Assembly: GCA_051599415.1 (NCBI GenBank)
Contig: AP039699.1
Coordinates: 62,001 to 126,000, forward strand
Length of the DNA stretch: 64,000 nucleotides
Direction: 5' to 3'
Origin: Savitreella phatthalungensis
Taxonomy: Eukaryota
The translations under genes and the position numbers were made by a program. Positions 34,042-45,937 of the stretch are shown in pieces. The stretch's first letter is position 1. Each line of letters starts with the position of its first letter. The notes beneath the pieces are model-generated. The model was not told the origin of the DNA and made no database searches. It saw nothing but the letters and a program-made list of their open reading frames with translations.

Positions 34042-35719
34042 TGCAGAGTCGTTTCGCAGATGTTTTACCAGCGCAGCCTCGGATATGCAATAGCTCCTGT
34101 CTAAAGTGCTCGTCTGAATAGAATGTTGACGTGTGCTTGGGGTATGTAGTCTCCTGGTAAACGATCGTTACCACAGGTGTGACCTTTTTCTCGCGTGCTT
34201 CGGATTTCAAATGTTGATGACTGTGACCAGCCACCGGAGTGACGCGTTGTGTGCTGAGCAAGTGAGTCAACACCAGCACCCCTTTTGACAGCACGGGGTT
34301 CGTGTACTCAGCCTGCCTTCGTTGCTTCGGGCTTCATGGAGCTCGGAGAGCACTGCCGTGCATGAGAACGGGAAGAGTTATGTATGGAATTCGGCTTTAC
34401 CTGACGCGTCAACGTGTAATGCGGTCACATGCGGAATATCATACGATGCACTCATGTTGACGATGAGCACTTGAACAAATCGGGCTGATGTAGACTGACA
34501 TGGACCTCGTCCAGGCTTGCGCAGACTAATTAGATCAGTTGTCACAGTGCTGTAGACATCAGTGACTGAACTCACCAAGTTCTGCGTGGATGGGAGCATG
34601 CATGGTTCAAAATCTAGCTCCTCGTGGTTGCCATACGTGACATACATCTGTTTGACGTGATCACCATACATGTGTGCTGTTCATGTGACGACTCAAACCA
34701 CCATGTGCTCACACATGATGAACCATGCAACTACACACATAAGGTCTCGGCAGCACTGTGCTTGGCCATATGCCCGCTCGCTTGCAGGATCGTATATATA
34801 TTCTAGCAGCTCAAAAGCGAGTTGAGCCCGCCCGGACATTCAGGCTCACACGTGACACGTACATTGGTTACCTCAACGACAACCGTCGATTGATCGATAT
34901 ATCCACAGCTGTCAGGTCAGGAGTCCTTGCGTTGAGCCAGAAATGACAAAGGACAATACATTCAAGAGGATTTTGGTCAACGTGAAGTCCGATTGTACCA
35001 GATGTCCGATTCATATCGATTCGCCCGACGTCTAAGCCGGTCGTCGAAAGTAACCAGTCCCTCGGATCCACAAATGTAAAACTACTCTCGTACTCTCGCG
35101 GTATTGCTACCCCGGAGTGTATTCGAGTTGAGTTGACTGTATGTAACTCAGATCACAATGGGTCTCTCGACAGAGTGTATCCCTGTCACCGCGAAGTGGC
35201 GCATGCTGCGGCACCCAAGCAATTGAAGGCACATTGGCAATTGAAGGCAATGGGAATCCAGTCTACAGCTATATATGGCCATTTACACACAGTTGACAAG
35301 TCTAATTACTAACAGATAAGATAAATGCAGCGAAGCTCGTCACACGATCAAAATTTGTACAGACGCAGACACGTGTTTTATCATTCGTCAATCTAAATTC
35401 GAGCATGCACGTGTACTTCCATGGTACTCAGCTCCAGAAACGTTGACTGAAATAAAACCGTGCTCGACATACGACAAGCGACTTCACCTTTTTGGCCCAG
35501 CAGCTACAAGGTCTTTCAACTCGATCAAACGACTGTTCGAGTATCGTCAGGTGGGTTGATCTCATTTCGAGTCAATTCTGTTGATTGGCTACGTAGAAGC
35601 GAAACCCTATCGAACAAGGATCGCCTTGCGCCGCGCATCGAAATATCCTTCATTCACGTCGTCATCCTCTTGCAAGGCTTCTAGAGCTTAGACTGGAACG
35701 ACTTTAAGGATATATCAAC

Positions 35720-38017
35720 ATGAGCGGCAACAATGGAGGAAACAATACCTGGGAGGATCAGGCTAATGATCTCGACAGGCAGACACAGCAGATGAATCTT
35801 GGCGGCAATGGCTCGAGCAATGGTAGAAATTTTCAGCCAGGGGCACAATCATTCCGCCCAGGTCAGAGCGGCTTTGCCCCAGCCTTTAATCCGTATGCAG
35901 CGCAGCAGCAGCAACAGCAGTATCCTCAGCAATATCAGCAGCAGGCACAAGCAGGTTACGGTGGCTATGGATATGACCAGCAACAGCAATACGGAGGTGG
36001 CTATCAGCAACAGGGATACGGAGGAACTTACCAACAAGGAGCTTACGGACAGCAATACAACGGCAATTATCAGAACTACAACCAGCAGTCACAGCCGCAA
36101 CAACAGCAGCAGTATGGTGGCTACCAGACTGGTTACGCCGAGCAGGAGACCCGTACATACGATCCGAGTGCACGAAAGAAGCCGTCTGTTGGTTTGCCTG
36201 CAGCAAAGGGTCCTGCCAAAGTGCTCTCCTTAGGTTCCGCCACGGGCCCGGCCAAGAGTATCTCCATCGGCGGCTCAGCACCTGCGAAGACGGTCTCAAT
36301 CGGTGGCGGCAGTGGTGCTGCGAAAACTATCTCGATCGGCGGCAGCGGTAGCGCAGCCAAAACTGTATCTCTTGGTGATGCCCCAGTGAAAACGGTTTCG
36401 ATCGGTGGCTCGTCGTCCCAGGCTTCCGCCGCAAAGCCAGCGACGCCTGCCGCAGTAGACTCACCAAAGCCAGCAGCTTCACCTGCTCCTGTCGCAGCTC
36501 CCGCTGTGGCCGACACTCCGTCGGCTGCACCGAGCGCAGCACAGTCTTCAGCTGATGCCATCGCTGCTGACCCGGCTCCACCAGCTGCTGCGACCGGTAG
36601 TGGAACATCTAGCAGCAAGGCTGAAAAAGCAGCAGAGAAGCGTCAGGAAGCTGCCGTCAAGGCACAGATTGCGGAAGCACAGGCACAGGCCGAGCAGCTC
36701 GACAGTGACCTGCTTGCCGATGTGTACGGAAAAGAGCACGTCTCTATTGTCTTCATTGGCCACGTCGATGCAGGTAAGAGCACGCTCGGCGGCCAGCTAC
36801 TCATTCTCACAGGCATGGTCGACCAGCGCACAGTCGACAAATTCCGCCGCGAGGCCGCTGAGATGGGCAGAGAATCTTGGGTCTACTCCTGGGCGCTCGA
36901 CTCCACGAAACAAGAACGGTCCAAGGGTATCACAGTCGAAGTCGGCCGTGCTCACTTCGAGACAGACAAACGTGCGTATTCCATCCTTGACGCCCCCGGC
37001 CACAAGTCTTTTGTGCCGAACATGATCGGAGGCGCGTCACAGGCTGATGTCGGCGTACTCGTCATCTCCGCTCGCAGTGGAGAGTATGAGGCCGGATTTG
37101 AGAAGGGAGGACAGACTCGAGAGCACGCTATCCTGGCAAAAACGCAAGGAGTCAACAAGCTCATTGTCGTCATCAACAAGATGGACGATCCGACTGTGAA
37201 CTGGAGCAAGGAGCGCTACGACGAGTGCACCAGCAAATTGGCACAATTCCTTCGGCGTGAAGCAGGATACAACCCAAAGACTGATGTCCACTTCATGCCA
37301 GTCTCCGCATTCACCGGTGCCGGTCTGAAGGATCGCATTCCGAAGGATCTGTGTCCGTGGTACGATGGTCCAGCGCTGATCGAGTACCTGGATGGCATGC
37401 AGTCGTTCGAGCGTAAGATCAATGCTCCGCTCATGATGCCCGTGTCGACAAAGTGGAAGGACCTCGGCACAATCATCGAGGGCAAGCTCGAGTCTGGCCA
37501 CGTCAAGAAGGGCCACAAAGCTCTGCTCATGCCGGGATCTACGCAAGTTGAGATCACGACAATTTACAACGAGACAGAAGAAGAAGTCGAGGGTGCATTG
37601 TGCGGTGAGCAGGTTCGGATGAAGATCAAGGGCGTCGAAGAGGAGGATATTCTCAACGGCTTTGTCCTGTGCTCTGCGGTGCGTCCTATCCACACAGTCA
37701 CTGCATTCGAGGCTCAGATCGCCATCATCGAACTACCGTCACTTCTGACGGCCGGATTCTCTTGCGTCATGCACGTCCACACAGCCATTGAGGAGATCAC
37801 TTTTGCCGCCTTGCTACACAAGCTCGACAAGACAAACCGCAAGTCGAAGGCCGCTCCAGCCTTCGCCAAGCAGGGCATGAAAATTGTCGCTCGTTTGGAG
37901 ACGCAGCAGCCTGTCTGTCTCGAGAAGTTTGCCGATTACGCCCAGCTAGGACGCTTCACCCTGCGTGACTCTGGTGTCACAATCGCTATCGGCAAGGTCA
38001 CCAAGCTGCTCTCCTGA
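35720..38017 (+). CDS. SUP35: Translation release factor eRF3 with a Q/N/G/Y-rich N-domain
   Basis: GHVDAGKS, DAPGH, NKMD and FEKGGQTREH; C-terminal GRFTLRD; Q/Y/G-rich N-terminus. Confidence 0.98.
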   Translation: MSGNNGGNNTWEDQANDLDRQTQQMNLGGNGSSNGRNFQPGAQSFRPGQSGFAPAFNPYAAQQQQQQYPQQYQQQAQAGYGGYGYDQQQQYGGGYQQQGYGGTYQQGAYGQQYNGNYQNYNQQSQPQQQQQYGGYQTGYAEQETRTYDPSARKKPSVGLPAAKGPAKVLSLGSATGPAKSISIGGSAPAKTVSIGGGSGAAKTISIGGSGSAAKTVSLGDAPVKTVSIGGSSSQASAAKPATPAAVDSPKPAASPAPVAAPAVADTPSAAPSAAQSSADAIAADPAPPAAATGSGTSSSKAEKAAEKRQEAAVKAQIAEAQAQAEQLDSDLLADVYGKEHVSIVFIGHVDAGKSTLGGQLLILTGMVDQRTVDKFRREAAEMGRESWVYSWALDSTKQERSKGITVEVGRAHFETDKRAYSILDAPGHKSFVPNMIGGASQADVGVLVISARSGEYEAGFEKGGQTREHAILAKTQGVNKLIVVINKMDDPTVNWSKERYDECTSKLAQFLRREAGYNPKTDVHFMPVSAFTGAGLKDRIPKDLCPWYDGPALIEYLDGMQSFERKINAPLMMPVSTKWKDLGTIIEGKLESGHVKKGHKALLMPGSTQVEITTIYNETEEEVEGALCGEQVRMKIKGVEEEDILNGFVLCSAVRPIHTVTAFEAQIAIIELPSLLTAGFSCVMHVHTAIEEITFAALLHKLDKTNRKSKAAPAFAKQGMKIVARLETQQPVCLEKFADYAQLGRFTLRDSGVTIAIGKVTKLLS

Positions 38018-38460
38018 TCGCTCGCTCCTGGGACAGTGGATTTACACAAATGGACGTCGTAGTTGATGACAATGAATTGCATAGAGTCTTCGCTTCTCCG
38101 TTGCACGACACGCGGCTCTGACTTGAACTGGGTGATACTTCCCTCTTGCGCGTTGTAAGTGCTGCAAACTTGGCCGTTTGAACCCAAACGCAATTTGATG
38201 AGTTTAGCTCCAAAATATATTGTATGAACAAAGCGCGGCGCGCACCAAAAGGACCGCGCACGACCCAACGGTTGAGCATCCTATAAGTGCTCAGAGGCTC
38301 GCGAAGCAAGCGCCGCACTTCTCGTTGAAGGCGTTGCCGAGCATAGCTCTTGCCTGCTCAACAAACACTCGAAGGAGCGCCTCTACACGGTGATCTCGGT
38401 TCTATCTGGAATAGAGGCGCCTGTCGCGCGACACCGTGGCATCCGGTGGCCTCGGGCACG

Positions 38461-39933
38461 ATGAGCGACCTCGATCACCATATTCGCCAGCTCAAGGACT
38501 GCAAGCTCATCAGCGAAGCCGCCATCAGGACTGTCTGCGCAAAAGCACGGGAGATCCTGATCGAAGAGGCCAACGTTCAGGTTGTCGACACTCCCGTCAC
38601 CATCTGCGGCGACATTCATGGCCAATTCCACGATCTGATGGAGCTGCTTCGCGTCGGCGGCGATTGTCCAACTACAAACTACCTCTTCATGGGCGACTTT
38701 GTCGATCGTGGCTTCTATTCACTCGAAACCTTCCTTCTACTGCTCTGCCTAAAGGTGCGCTATCCCGATCGAATCACACTAATCCGCGGCAACCACGAGT
38801 CGCGGCAGATCACCCAGGTCTACGGATTCTACGACGAATGTATGCGTAAATACGGCTCTGCATCCGTTTGGCGGTACTGTTGCGAAGTGTTTGACTACCT
38901 GGCTCTCGCGGCCATCACATCTGATGGAAAATGGTTCATGGTGCATGGCGGCTTGTCACCTTCAATAGCAACGATTGACCAGATCAGGCTCCTGGATCGC
39001 AAGCAGGAGGTCCCGCACGAAGGCGCGATGTGCGATCTGCTGTGGTCGGACCCGGAAGACGTGCCGACCTGGGGATTGTCACCCCGGGGTGCAGGCTACC
39101 TGTTCGGCGCAGATGTCACAAAACAATTCTGTCGAGCCAATGGCATCGAGATGATTGCTCGGGCTCACCAGCTAGTCATGGAAGGCTACAAAGAGATGTT
39201 CGAAATGCCACCTACGTGGGATCCGGACACCGCCTCTGGCGAGGAAGGTGGATCTGAGGGAGATGATGAAGACGATGACGATGAAGATTATGAAGACGAA
39301 GAGTTGTCCGGGCGACCTGGTGAGGGTTCCGGGGGAAGCAGTTCTCGCGTAACAGACATGCGCAGAGATGATGCGCAAAACGATGAAACTGACGAACATG
39401 ACGATGATGATGACGATACGACTTCTCCCGGTCTCGCGAACGGCAGGGGCTCCCGCAGATCAGGTTCACCACCGACATCAAATTCCATTCACAAGCGACA
39501 GCGGCGACATTCGCCCCCGGCCAACGACGCCAACGGCTCCATACATGCCGACCTCCCGCAGAGCGGGGACGAATCTGACGAGAACACTGCTCCCGAAGGC
39601 TCGACCACCATGTCGCCCATACTCCAGAGCCGTGCACTGACACGGGCAACACCACGAACAACGGCAAACAGACCTGGAAGCGGTGGGATGTCTGCTGGCG
39701 GACGGTCGATTGAGTCTCGGGAGGGTTATCCGACATTCGAGTACGGTCGCGGTACCGGCGGCGTCGTGACTGTGTGGAGTGCACCGAACTATTGCTACAG
39801 GTGTGGCAACGTTGCGGCCATCCTCGAACTCGATGACAACCTCAACAGAAACTACAAAATCTTCAACGAGGCCCGCACAGACCAAGCAGATCGTCTGCCG
39901 GCTAAGAAGGCCGTGGTAGAGTACTTCCTCTAG
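38461..39933 (+). CDS. PPH3: Protein phosphatase 4 catalytic subunit with a large acidic insertion
   Basis: [28 protein letters not shown] and C-terminal EYFL; the N-terminus MSDLD...[13 protein letters not shown] is PP4-like. Confidence 0.88.
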   Translation: MSDLDHHIRQLKDCKLISEAAIRTVCAKAREILIEEANVQVVDTPVTICGDIHGQFHDLMELLRVGGDCPTTNYLFMGDFVDRGFYSLETFLLLLCLKVRYPDRITLIRGNHESRQITQVYGFYDECMRKYGSASVWRYCCEVFDYLALAAITSDGKWFMVHGGLSPSIATIDQIRLLDRKQEVPHEGAMCDLLWSDPEDVPTWGLSPRGAGYLFGADVTKQFCRANGIEMIARAHQLVMEGYKEMFEMPPTWDPDTASGEEGGSEGDDEDDDDEDYEDEELSGRPGEGSGGSSSRVTDMRRDDAQNDETDEHDDDDDDTTSPGLANGRGSRRSGSPPTSNSIHKRQRRHSPPANDANGSIHADLPQSGDESDENTAPEGSTTMSPILQSRALTRATPRTTANRPGSGGMSAGGRSIESREGYPTFEYGRGTGGVVTVWSAPNYCYRCGNVAAILELDDNLNRNYKIFNEARTDQADRLPAKKAVVEYFL

Positions 39934-40012
39934 TCATGTACAGAACAGCTGGGAGGACCACGCCCCGGACATACAATTGAAACTTCGTGTATTCGTAATA
40001 CGGCACTGATAA

Positions 40013-42106
40013 TCATGGAGAGAGAGCTGACGCCGGTTCGGCTTCGCTTACGCCTTCGTCCCCTGGAAGATGCTGCTTAGCGCTGGCAACGCGCTGTGAA
40101 CGGCGAGGACGCGAATAGTCTTTCGGTTCTTGTTGCTGCCGCTGCTGATGTGAGCTTGAAGCCTCAGTCTGACCAGCGACTGATGCAGAAAGCTCCGCCC
40201 TCAGCCGCTTCTCTAGTAACACCGGCCGCAACGCTGCATTAGGGGTATTCGTTCTCTGGATCGCGCGAGGTATGGCATCCGTAGCAGAGCCCGTCCTGAA
40301 AGGGTTCAATTGGTCGATCTGCCATCGCCGCGAGCCAGGCGTGCCGATCATTGCGCCCGGCGCTCGTGGTTTGTGAGGCGTAGCTAAAGTCTCGACAAGT
40401 GAATCTCCCGGAGCCGTATCCGGGCTGCTCGACAGCGCGGTGATCCGAGGTCCAGTTTCGGTTGCTGGTACCGGAGTTTGCGCATCGACAGAGCCGAGTC
40501 GGCGCCACTGTCTGACCGAGTCTGGCATGGATGCTTTCGCTGAAGACCGAGATCTTTGCGCTCGCGTGCCCGGTATGAGGTCTTCAGGACCTGTCGAGGA
40601 TGCTGGTGTCTGGAACAAGCCGCTTCCGTACGCGCGTCTGCTCGCGGATGAGATTTCCGTATCATCAGCAGAATAGCCTGCAAAATTACGGCCGCGTCGA
40701 TGGTAGTTGTCGTCGCGCAGAAATAGCGCAATCCGCTCATCAGGTATAGCGAGACATGATTGCTGCTCACTCGTCTGCAATGCTGTCAGCCGGAGCAGAT
40801 ACTCGAGCAAGGAGAGAGTCGCGACGTCAGTATGCGCCAATCCAGTTGTGAAGGATACTGACTGAGTTTTTGCGACGTCCATCAGCTGAAGCTGTAGAGC
40901 GAGGGCGTCCACGTCGCTGTCTCCACTCGGTGGCCGGCTTGATGTGTCATCACTGGGTGCTCTCGTATCGTCTGCGGCTGCTGTACTGCTCTCAGCAGCT
41001 TTGTCATTCGTGGCTTTGTTCTCATCAGGCTTATCATAATCGTAATTACCATCATGCTCATGGTCGTCGTCATTGTCATCAGACTCATAGTCTTCCTGCT
41101 CCCACAGCTCGAGGGCAAGCCATTCTAGATCCTCCTGTGGCACCGATATTTCACCGGAATTTGTACGCGAATACTTGTGTGTCTGCTCATACAAGGCGTG
41201 ATTGACCTTGACGATGAGAACAGGGGTTCTAGCTTCCTCGATATTCAACAGACGACCAGATGCGCTGAAGAACAGGCGAGTGATCAGGCTGACGGGTATG
41301 TCTCTGTGCATACCGCGCAGATGACCCTCTGTGTCTCTAGTAGCAGCGTCCAGCTCTTCTTCGTCATGATAGCGACTGTCATCCAGATCCTCAGTTATAC
41401 GGAAATGATAGCTGTATTGATCTGTCGCGGCAGAGTCATCCTCTGCAACCCGGAACAGCTCAAACAGACACTTCGAGTACGTCTCTTGCCATGTAATGTC
41501 GCTCGCCTGAAGGTCTCTACTTTGCCTTGCGTGCCCCTCAAATATAGTGTACAGACGAACGACGAACGTTGGACCAATCTTGACTTCTTCTGAGGGGTCG
41601 AGGGAAAATCGGGCATCCCCAGCTTGTAAGAACGAAGACGCCTGGAGGAGACGAGACGGCGATATCGTGTCGGGAAGTGAGGCTGAGAGGTTTGCACCAG
41701 ATGTAGTCAGAGCGAGGCTGATCAAGGGTACGGCGTCCTCAATGCGTTTCAAGAGTGCACGCATTTCTGCAAGGACAGCTTGGCCGCTTGTCTTCCCTTC
41801 CATGCCGACCGCAAAGTCGTTGATGTCATTCCGCAGAGCGATAGTCAATTGGACTGTACTATTGAGAGTGGTGTTGCCTCGTGCTGCGATAATTTCAATC
41901 AGGTCGATGGCTGGTGTCACGATCTTAATACTCTGGTCGAGTTGACGAGAGACAGCCTCAAGCTCGATCTTATGAACGTCTTGCTTCGGAATCGAACGAA
42001 TATAGCTGGACACCTGTTTGATTGCAAAGCCACCGGCAATCGAGATGCCTGAGCGAATCGCTAATGTCGTGAATTGGTGTGTCGCCTGAGCGAGAAAGGC
42101 GTCCAT
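40013..42106 (-). CDS. YRB30: RanGTP-binding protein Yrb30
   Basis: MDAFLA...AIRSGISIAGGFAIKQ, IVTPAIDLIEIIAARGNT, ISPSRLLQAS, LSLLEYLLRLTALQ. Confidence 0.92.
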   Translation of the reverse strand: MDAFLAQATHQFTTLAIRSGISIAGGFAIKQVSSYIRSIPKQDVHKIELEAVSRQLDQSIKIVTPAIDLIEIIAARGNTTLNSTVQLTIALRNDINDFAVGMEGKTSGQAVLAEMRALLKRIEDAVPLISLALTTSGANLSASLPDTISPSRLLQASSFLQAGDARFSLDPSEEVKIGPTFVVRLYTIFEGHARQSRDLQASDITWQETYSKCLFELFRVAEDDSAATDQYSYHFRITEDLDDSRYHDEEELDAATRDTEGHLRGMHRDIPVSLITRLFFSASGRLLNIEEARTPVLIVKVNHALYEQTHKYSRTNSGEISVPQEDLEWLALELWEQEDYESDDNDDDHEHDGNYDYDKPDENKATNDKAAESSTAAADDTRAPSDDTSSRPPSGDSDVDALALQLQLMDVAKTQSVSFTTGLAHTDVATLSLLEYLLRLTALQTSEQQSCLAIPDERIALFLRDDNYHRRGRNFAGYSADDTEISSASRRAYGSGLFQTPASSTGPEDLIPGTRAQRSRSSAKASMPDSVRQWRRLGSVDAQTPVPATETGPRITALSSSPDTAPGDSLVETLATPHKPRAPGAMIGTPGSRRWQIDQLNPFRTGSATDAIPRAIQRTNTPNAALRPVLLEKRLRAELSASVAGQTEASSSHQQRQQQEPKDYSRPRRSQRVASAKQHLPGDEGVSEAEPASALSP

Positions 42107-45100
42107 GACGCGCTCAGGCGAATTCTTGGTCAATCAGACGATTTTAGACGATGTTTAGATAGGTCGAAGGTCCATTGTTGAAGCTGTTGCTCATACACAG
42201 AGGTGACAGTGTACACAACAGAAATTGATCCCTTCTTCCTCGAGTATACGATTGCCTTCTGCCTCGAGTAAGGGGTCTACGAATGTCCAGCGACGTTCGG
42301 ACCCTGGCTCAATCGAGATGACTACCAAACGCAGCGATGGTTCATTGGTGCCGATGATTTTCACCAGGACGCTGAAGTTTACAAGGAGTCCAATGAGTCG
42401 GACTCAATCAGGCCTTTCAGGACCAGACAGTCCTCCAGGTCAGTCTGTGAGATTTATCGAACTAAGCAACGTAAGATCAATGATTGCATCACGAGTGAAA
42501 TATGTACGCGCGCATGCATTTGTGTCAATTATTGATCGACGCGTTCAGTTGCGATTGCAAATATGTTTACATTCGAGCCACATGCACAAAGTCAATATAG
42601 ATGTCGCACGTGAAGCTCGGAAGAGAGTGGCGCAGGTCAAAATGCTTCGATGGCCGTCTGTAGGCGCGGCATTGTTCTCATTGTATGTTCAGAAAGTGTT
42701 CATGACAGGGGAGCCTCCTCAAGCGGAGGAGTGCACAGGTAAACTGGCGGCCTGTGCAATGAGGTGTGTTGCCGCAGGTCTCCACCGTATATTGATACTT
42801 GCGCACGTACGTGGCCCAAGCCATAGTGCAATCACGTGCACACATATCGACGAACAGGAGTTTTGCATTAGAGTTCGACAGTGATGCACCATGAGGACTG
42901 CCCTGAGGCCTCATTGCTCGTCTCCCAAAGTTCGTATTAGTCTTGTGTATTTGCTCCGTCTATACGCTCACTCGATTACCGCTTGCTTCTGAGTCACGTC
43001 ATTGTAATCTGCTGATCGATGGTCCAGCAATTGCGTGTGGTATGCTCTCTCGTAGTAATTCAATGCATTCCATCTGGAAAAGGACCAGACTATGTCAAGC
43101 AGCTAGCATGACAGGGGAAGACATGGAATCGGCCGATATGCGGATCTGCACCAGACACGAGGGATGCACGCGACGAATGATGCAAGCTTTAACGTGCACA
43201 AGAATAATTGCCATCGACCTTTGTCATAGGCGATACGGGATGTGCGTCTCTGCCTGGTCAGTCATCCATCAATCTTGGCGTTTCCCCGGATGCGTGAGTG
43301 CCTGAAGTCAGCAAGTCGTATGGATCGTGATGAATGACAATCATCCATATCTCGAGCAATGATTATACGTGCATTGAGCTCACGGACTATTCCTGATCAA
43401 GTCTCAGATGCGGATCTCTTCAGATTGATCTAGACGATTACCATATCCGGCACGGGCTTTGAGAATAGCAATGCTTGCAATATGGCATTTTTGAAAAACG
43501 TCTGGTCATGGCGATCACTACTGAAGTCGGAGAGCCATGGTCATATCTTTTTGCTGTGATTCAGCATGCAGTGAGCATGATGACCGCACTCAAAGCAGTT
43601 CTTCCTGAGACATATGATCGGGGCAATGGGTAAACTGAGTAGGAAGGCAAAAAAAAAAACAAGACAGATGAGCCGAGCATCTACGCATTCACCCAGGAGT
43701 CATTATCTCTTAATGTGTGTGCGAGGAATGTCGCATGTTTGAAAATCACCTCACACGATTCTGTTTGTCACTGGTCGAAGATTCGAGGCGATGACGCATG
43801 ACAGAATGGCGATAAGAGCGTAGATTGCATTCATCATTGCAGTCATCATGCGGCCTTCTGCAGATTGGGTTGCGTGTCCTGCATGTAGGTCATAGCCAGG
43901 GGTTTAGAACGGAGCACACGTTTCCGCGGATGAGTCTGAAGCATTTTGCAGATATGCTTGTCCGAGGGATGAATAAGCACCAATCTCACCAAAGTCTCTT
44001 TCGCAATTGCTCGATGAAGGAGGTCTACACAGGGTTTGATTGGATACCGGAAGCTCTCCTTGAAATGAACTGAGGAATTCTCCTTCCGGCCACACATCCT
44101 TTCGCAACTTCCTGTTCCAGGTAGTGATCGAGGGTCTCATTCGGTCATAGATTGGCGAGCACACCACATTCAAGTTTTTCTCTATTGTGGCTTGGCTTGG
44201 CATCAATTTCATGTTCCAGATGTTCAGTTTATGTTTTAATGGTTTGCAGGTCAATCATCCGGCTCAAAGAGTGTGGGAGTGAGCTCTAAGTGACTTGAGC
44301 AGAGCCAGAGCACCGAACATGTCCAGAACACGAAACACAAGCAAAAGACAGAGAGCGTGAGCAAGAGAGGGAGTGGTGGTGGTGGAGGACGTCGTGATGG
44401 CGGTACTGGCGGCAAAAAAAGAAGAAAGTCTGTGGATAGCTCTATTTGATAAATGCCGTTTTCAATGTTGTCATTCTGAGCCTACTGAGTTAATGATCAC
44501 GCTCAAGCACATTTTAGAACCCCCTTGGTCGATTCGAGGAAGAAATAATTTTGAGGCGGTGTGGATATTTTGATCTCACCGGAAGGAGAAATTGCACACA
44601 TTCCTGAAACAAATTTGGTCTTGAGCCTGATTAGGTTGATCTGGTAAACATCAATGAATCTGTTTGGAAGAAAATCAAAAATAGATTGATATTGACAGTC
44701 GTCAGATCCAAACATGTTCACAACCCTGACAAACGCCACAGCCGCTGAGAAAGTTTCAAGGAATGTGAAAGATCTTCATCATCAGCACTATCTCGATCGA
44801 ATCAACCAGAGTGTCCATGTGGGCTCTCAGATTTGTGATGCAATACTGAATCTGAGAGGAATGAGCCAACAATACGGGAAATAGACCCAGTTGGCTGGAT
44901 ACACAGATTTCCACACTGATTTCCGACCTGCTCGGGTCAGAAATCAGAATCAAAACATGTGTATCACTGAACAGGTGAGAAAAGCTCTGTAGCTTTCTAG
45001 AGTTTCAGTTGAGCTAGAACAGGTAGAAACAATTTCGGGCTCCTATACCCAAAGAATATTCCCCCTGCAGGTTGACTTGTTGCTTGTTGTGTTATGGTGA

Positions 45101-45575
45101 TGGTTGTTACGTCGATACGAAGTGACCGCAATGGCCATGAGATCGTCCCAGCTAGTCTATCGCTCTGGGCCATGTACACTCCAGTACCAGCAATGACCGG
45201 CAAGGACGGCGGCGATGGTGACGGTGGCCGCGGCATTGCTTGTGGTCAGGAATGAGCGGATACCGAAGCTGCTGATACCTCCAGCTTAGCCATACGATCC
45301 AATCTAATCCACCACGAGCACTCCACAGCGCACTACACCGTCGCCCACACGGTCACCATCCGGCTCGTCAGCTCTCGCGTTATAAGAATCCGGTCGGCCG
45401 CTTTCCTCCATTTTCTCTCCCTAGCCATCACTCTACAACCGTTCAGTCACCTCGTCGCTCGACAAGGTTCTGTCCTACCTGCTCGACACCTAGCGCTCGC
45501 TCGTCTCCAACTGACGACTCGTGTCAAGCCTACGATTTCAATTACACACTTGGTCTTCCCTCTTTGACAGCCAAG

Positions 45576-45906
45576 ATGTTCACCCACGGCATTGCTTCCG
45601 CCGTAATCGCCTTCGCCTCTGTGGCACAGGCTCAAATCTTCTCCAACAGCTCCAGTGCTTCAGTTTCTGCCTCGGCCTCTGGCAACGCTGGCGTCGGTGC
45701 TGGATCGATCGTGTCAGCGTCTGCATCCGCAAGCTCTTCTGCTAGCGTCAGCTCCGCTCTGTTCTCCAACTCAACCACGACCACCACAGCTCAGGTCACG
45801 TCGACGACCACCACACTCGTCAACGGAGGCACGATCCTTCCAGGATCCGGTGTCAGCTCTGGCTCTGGCTCTGCCAACTCTGGTTCTAACGCTGGCTCCA
45901 ACGCTG

Positions 45907-45937
<31 letters not shown>

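Noticed and set aside
42225..43305. 219-aa and 120-aa plus-strand ORFs
   Set aside because: Non-ATG starts, random-looking composition, no domain
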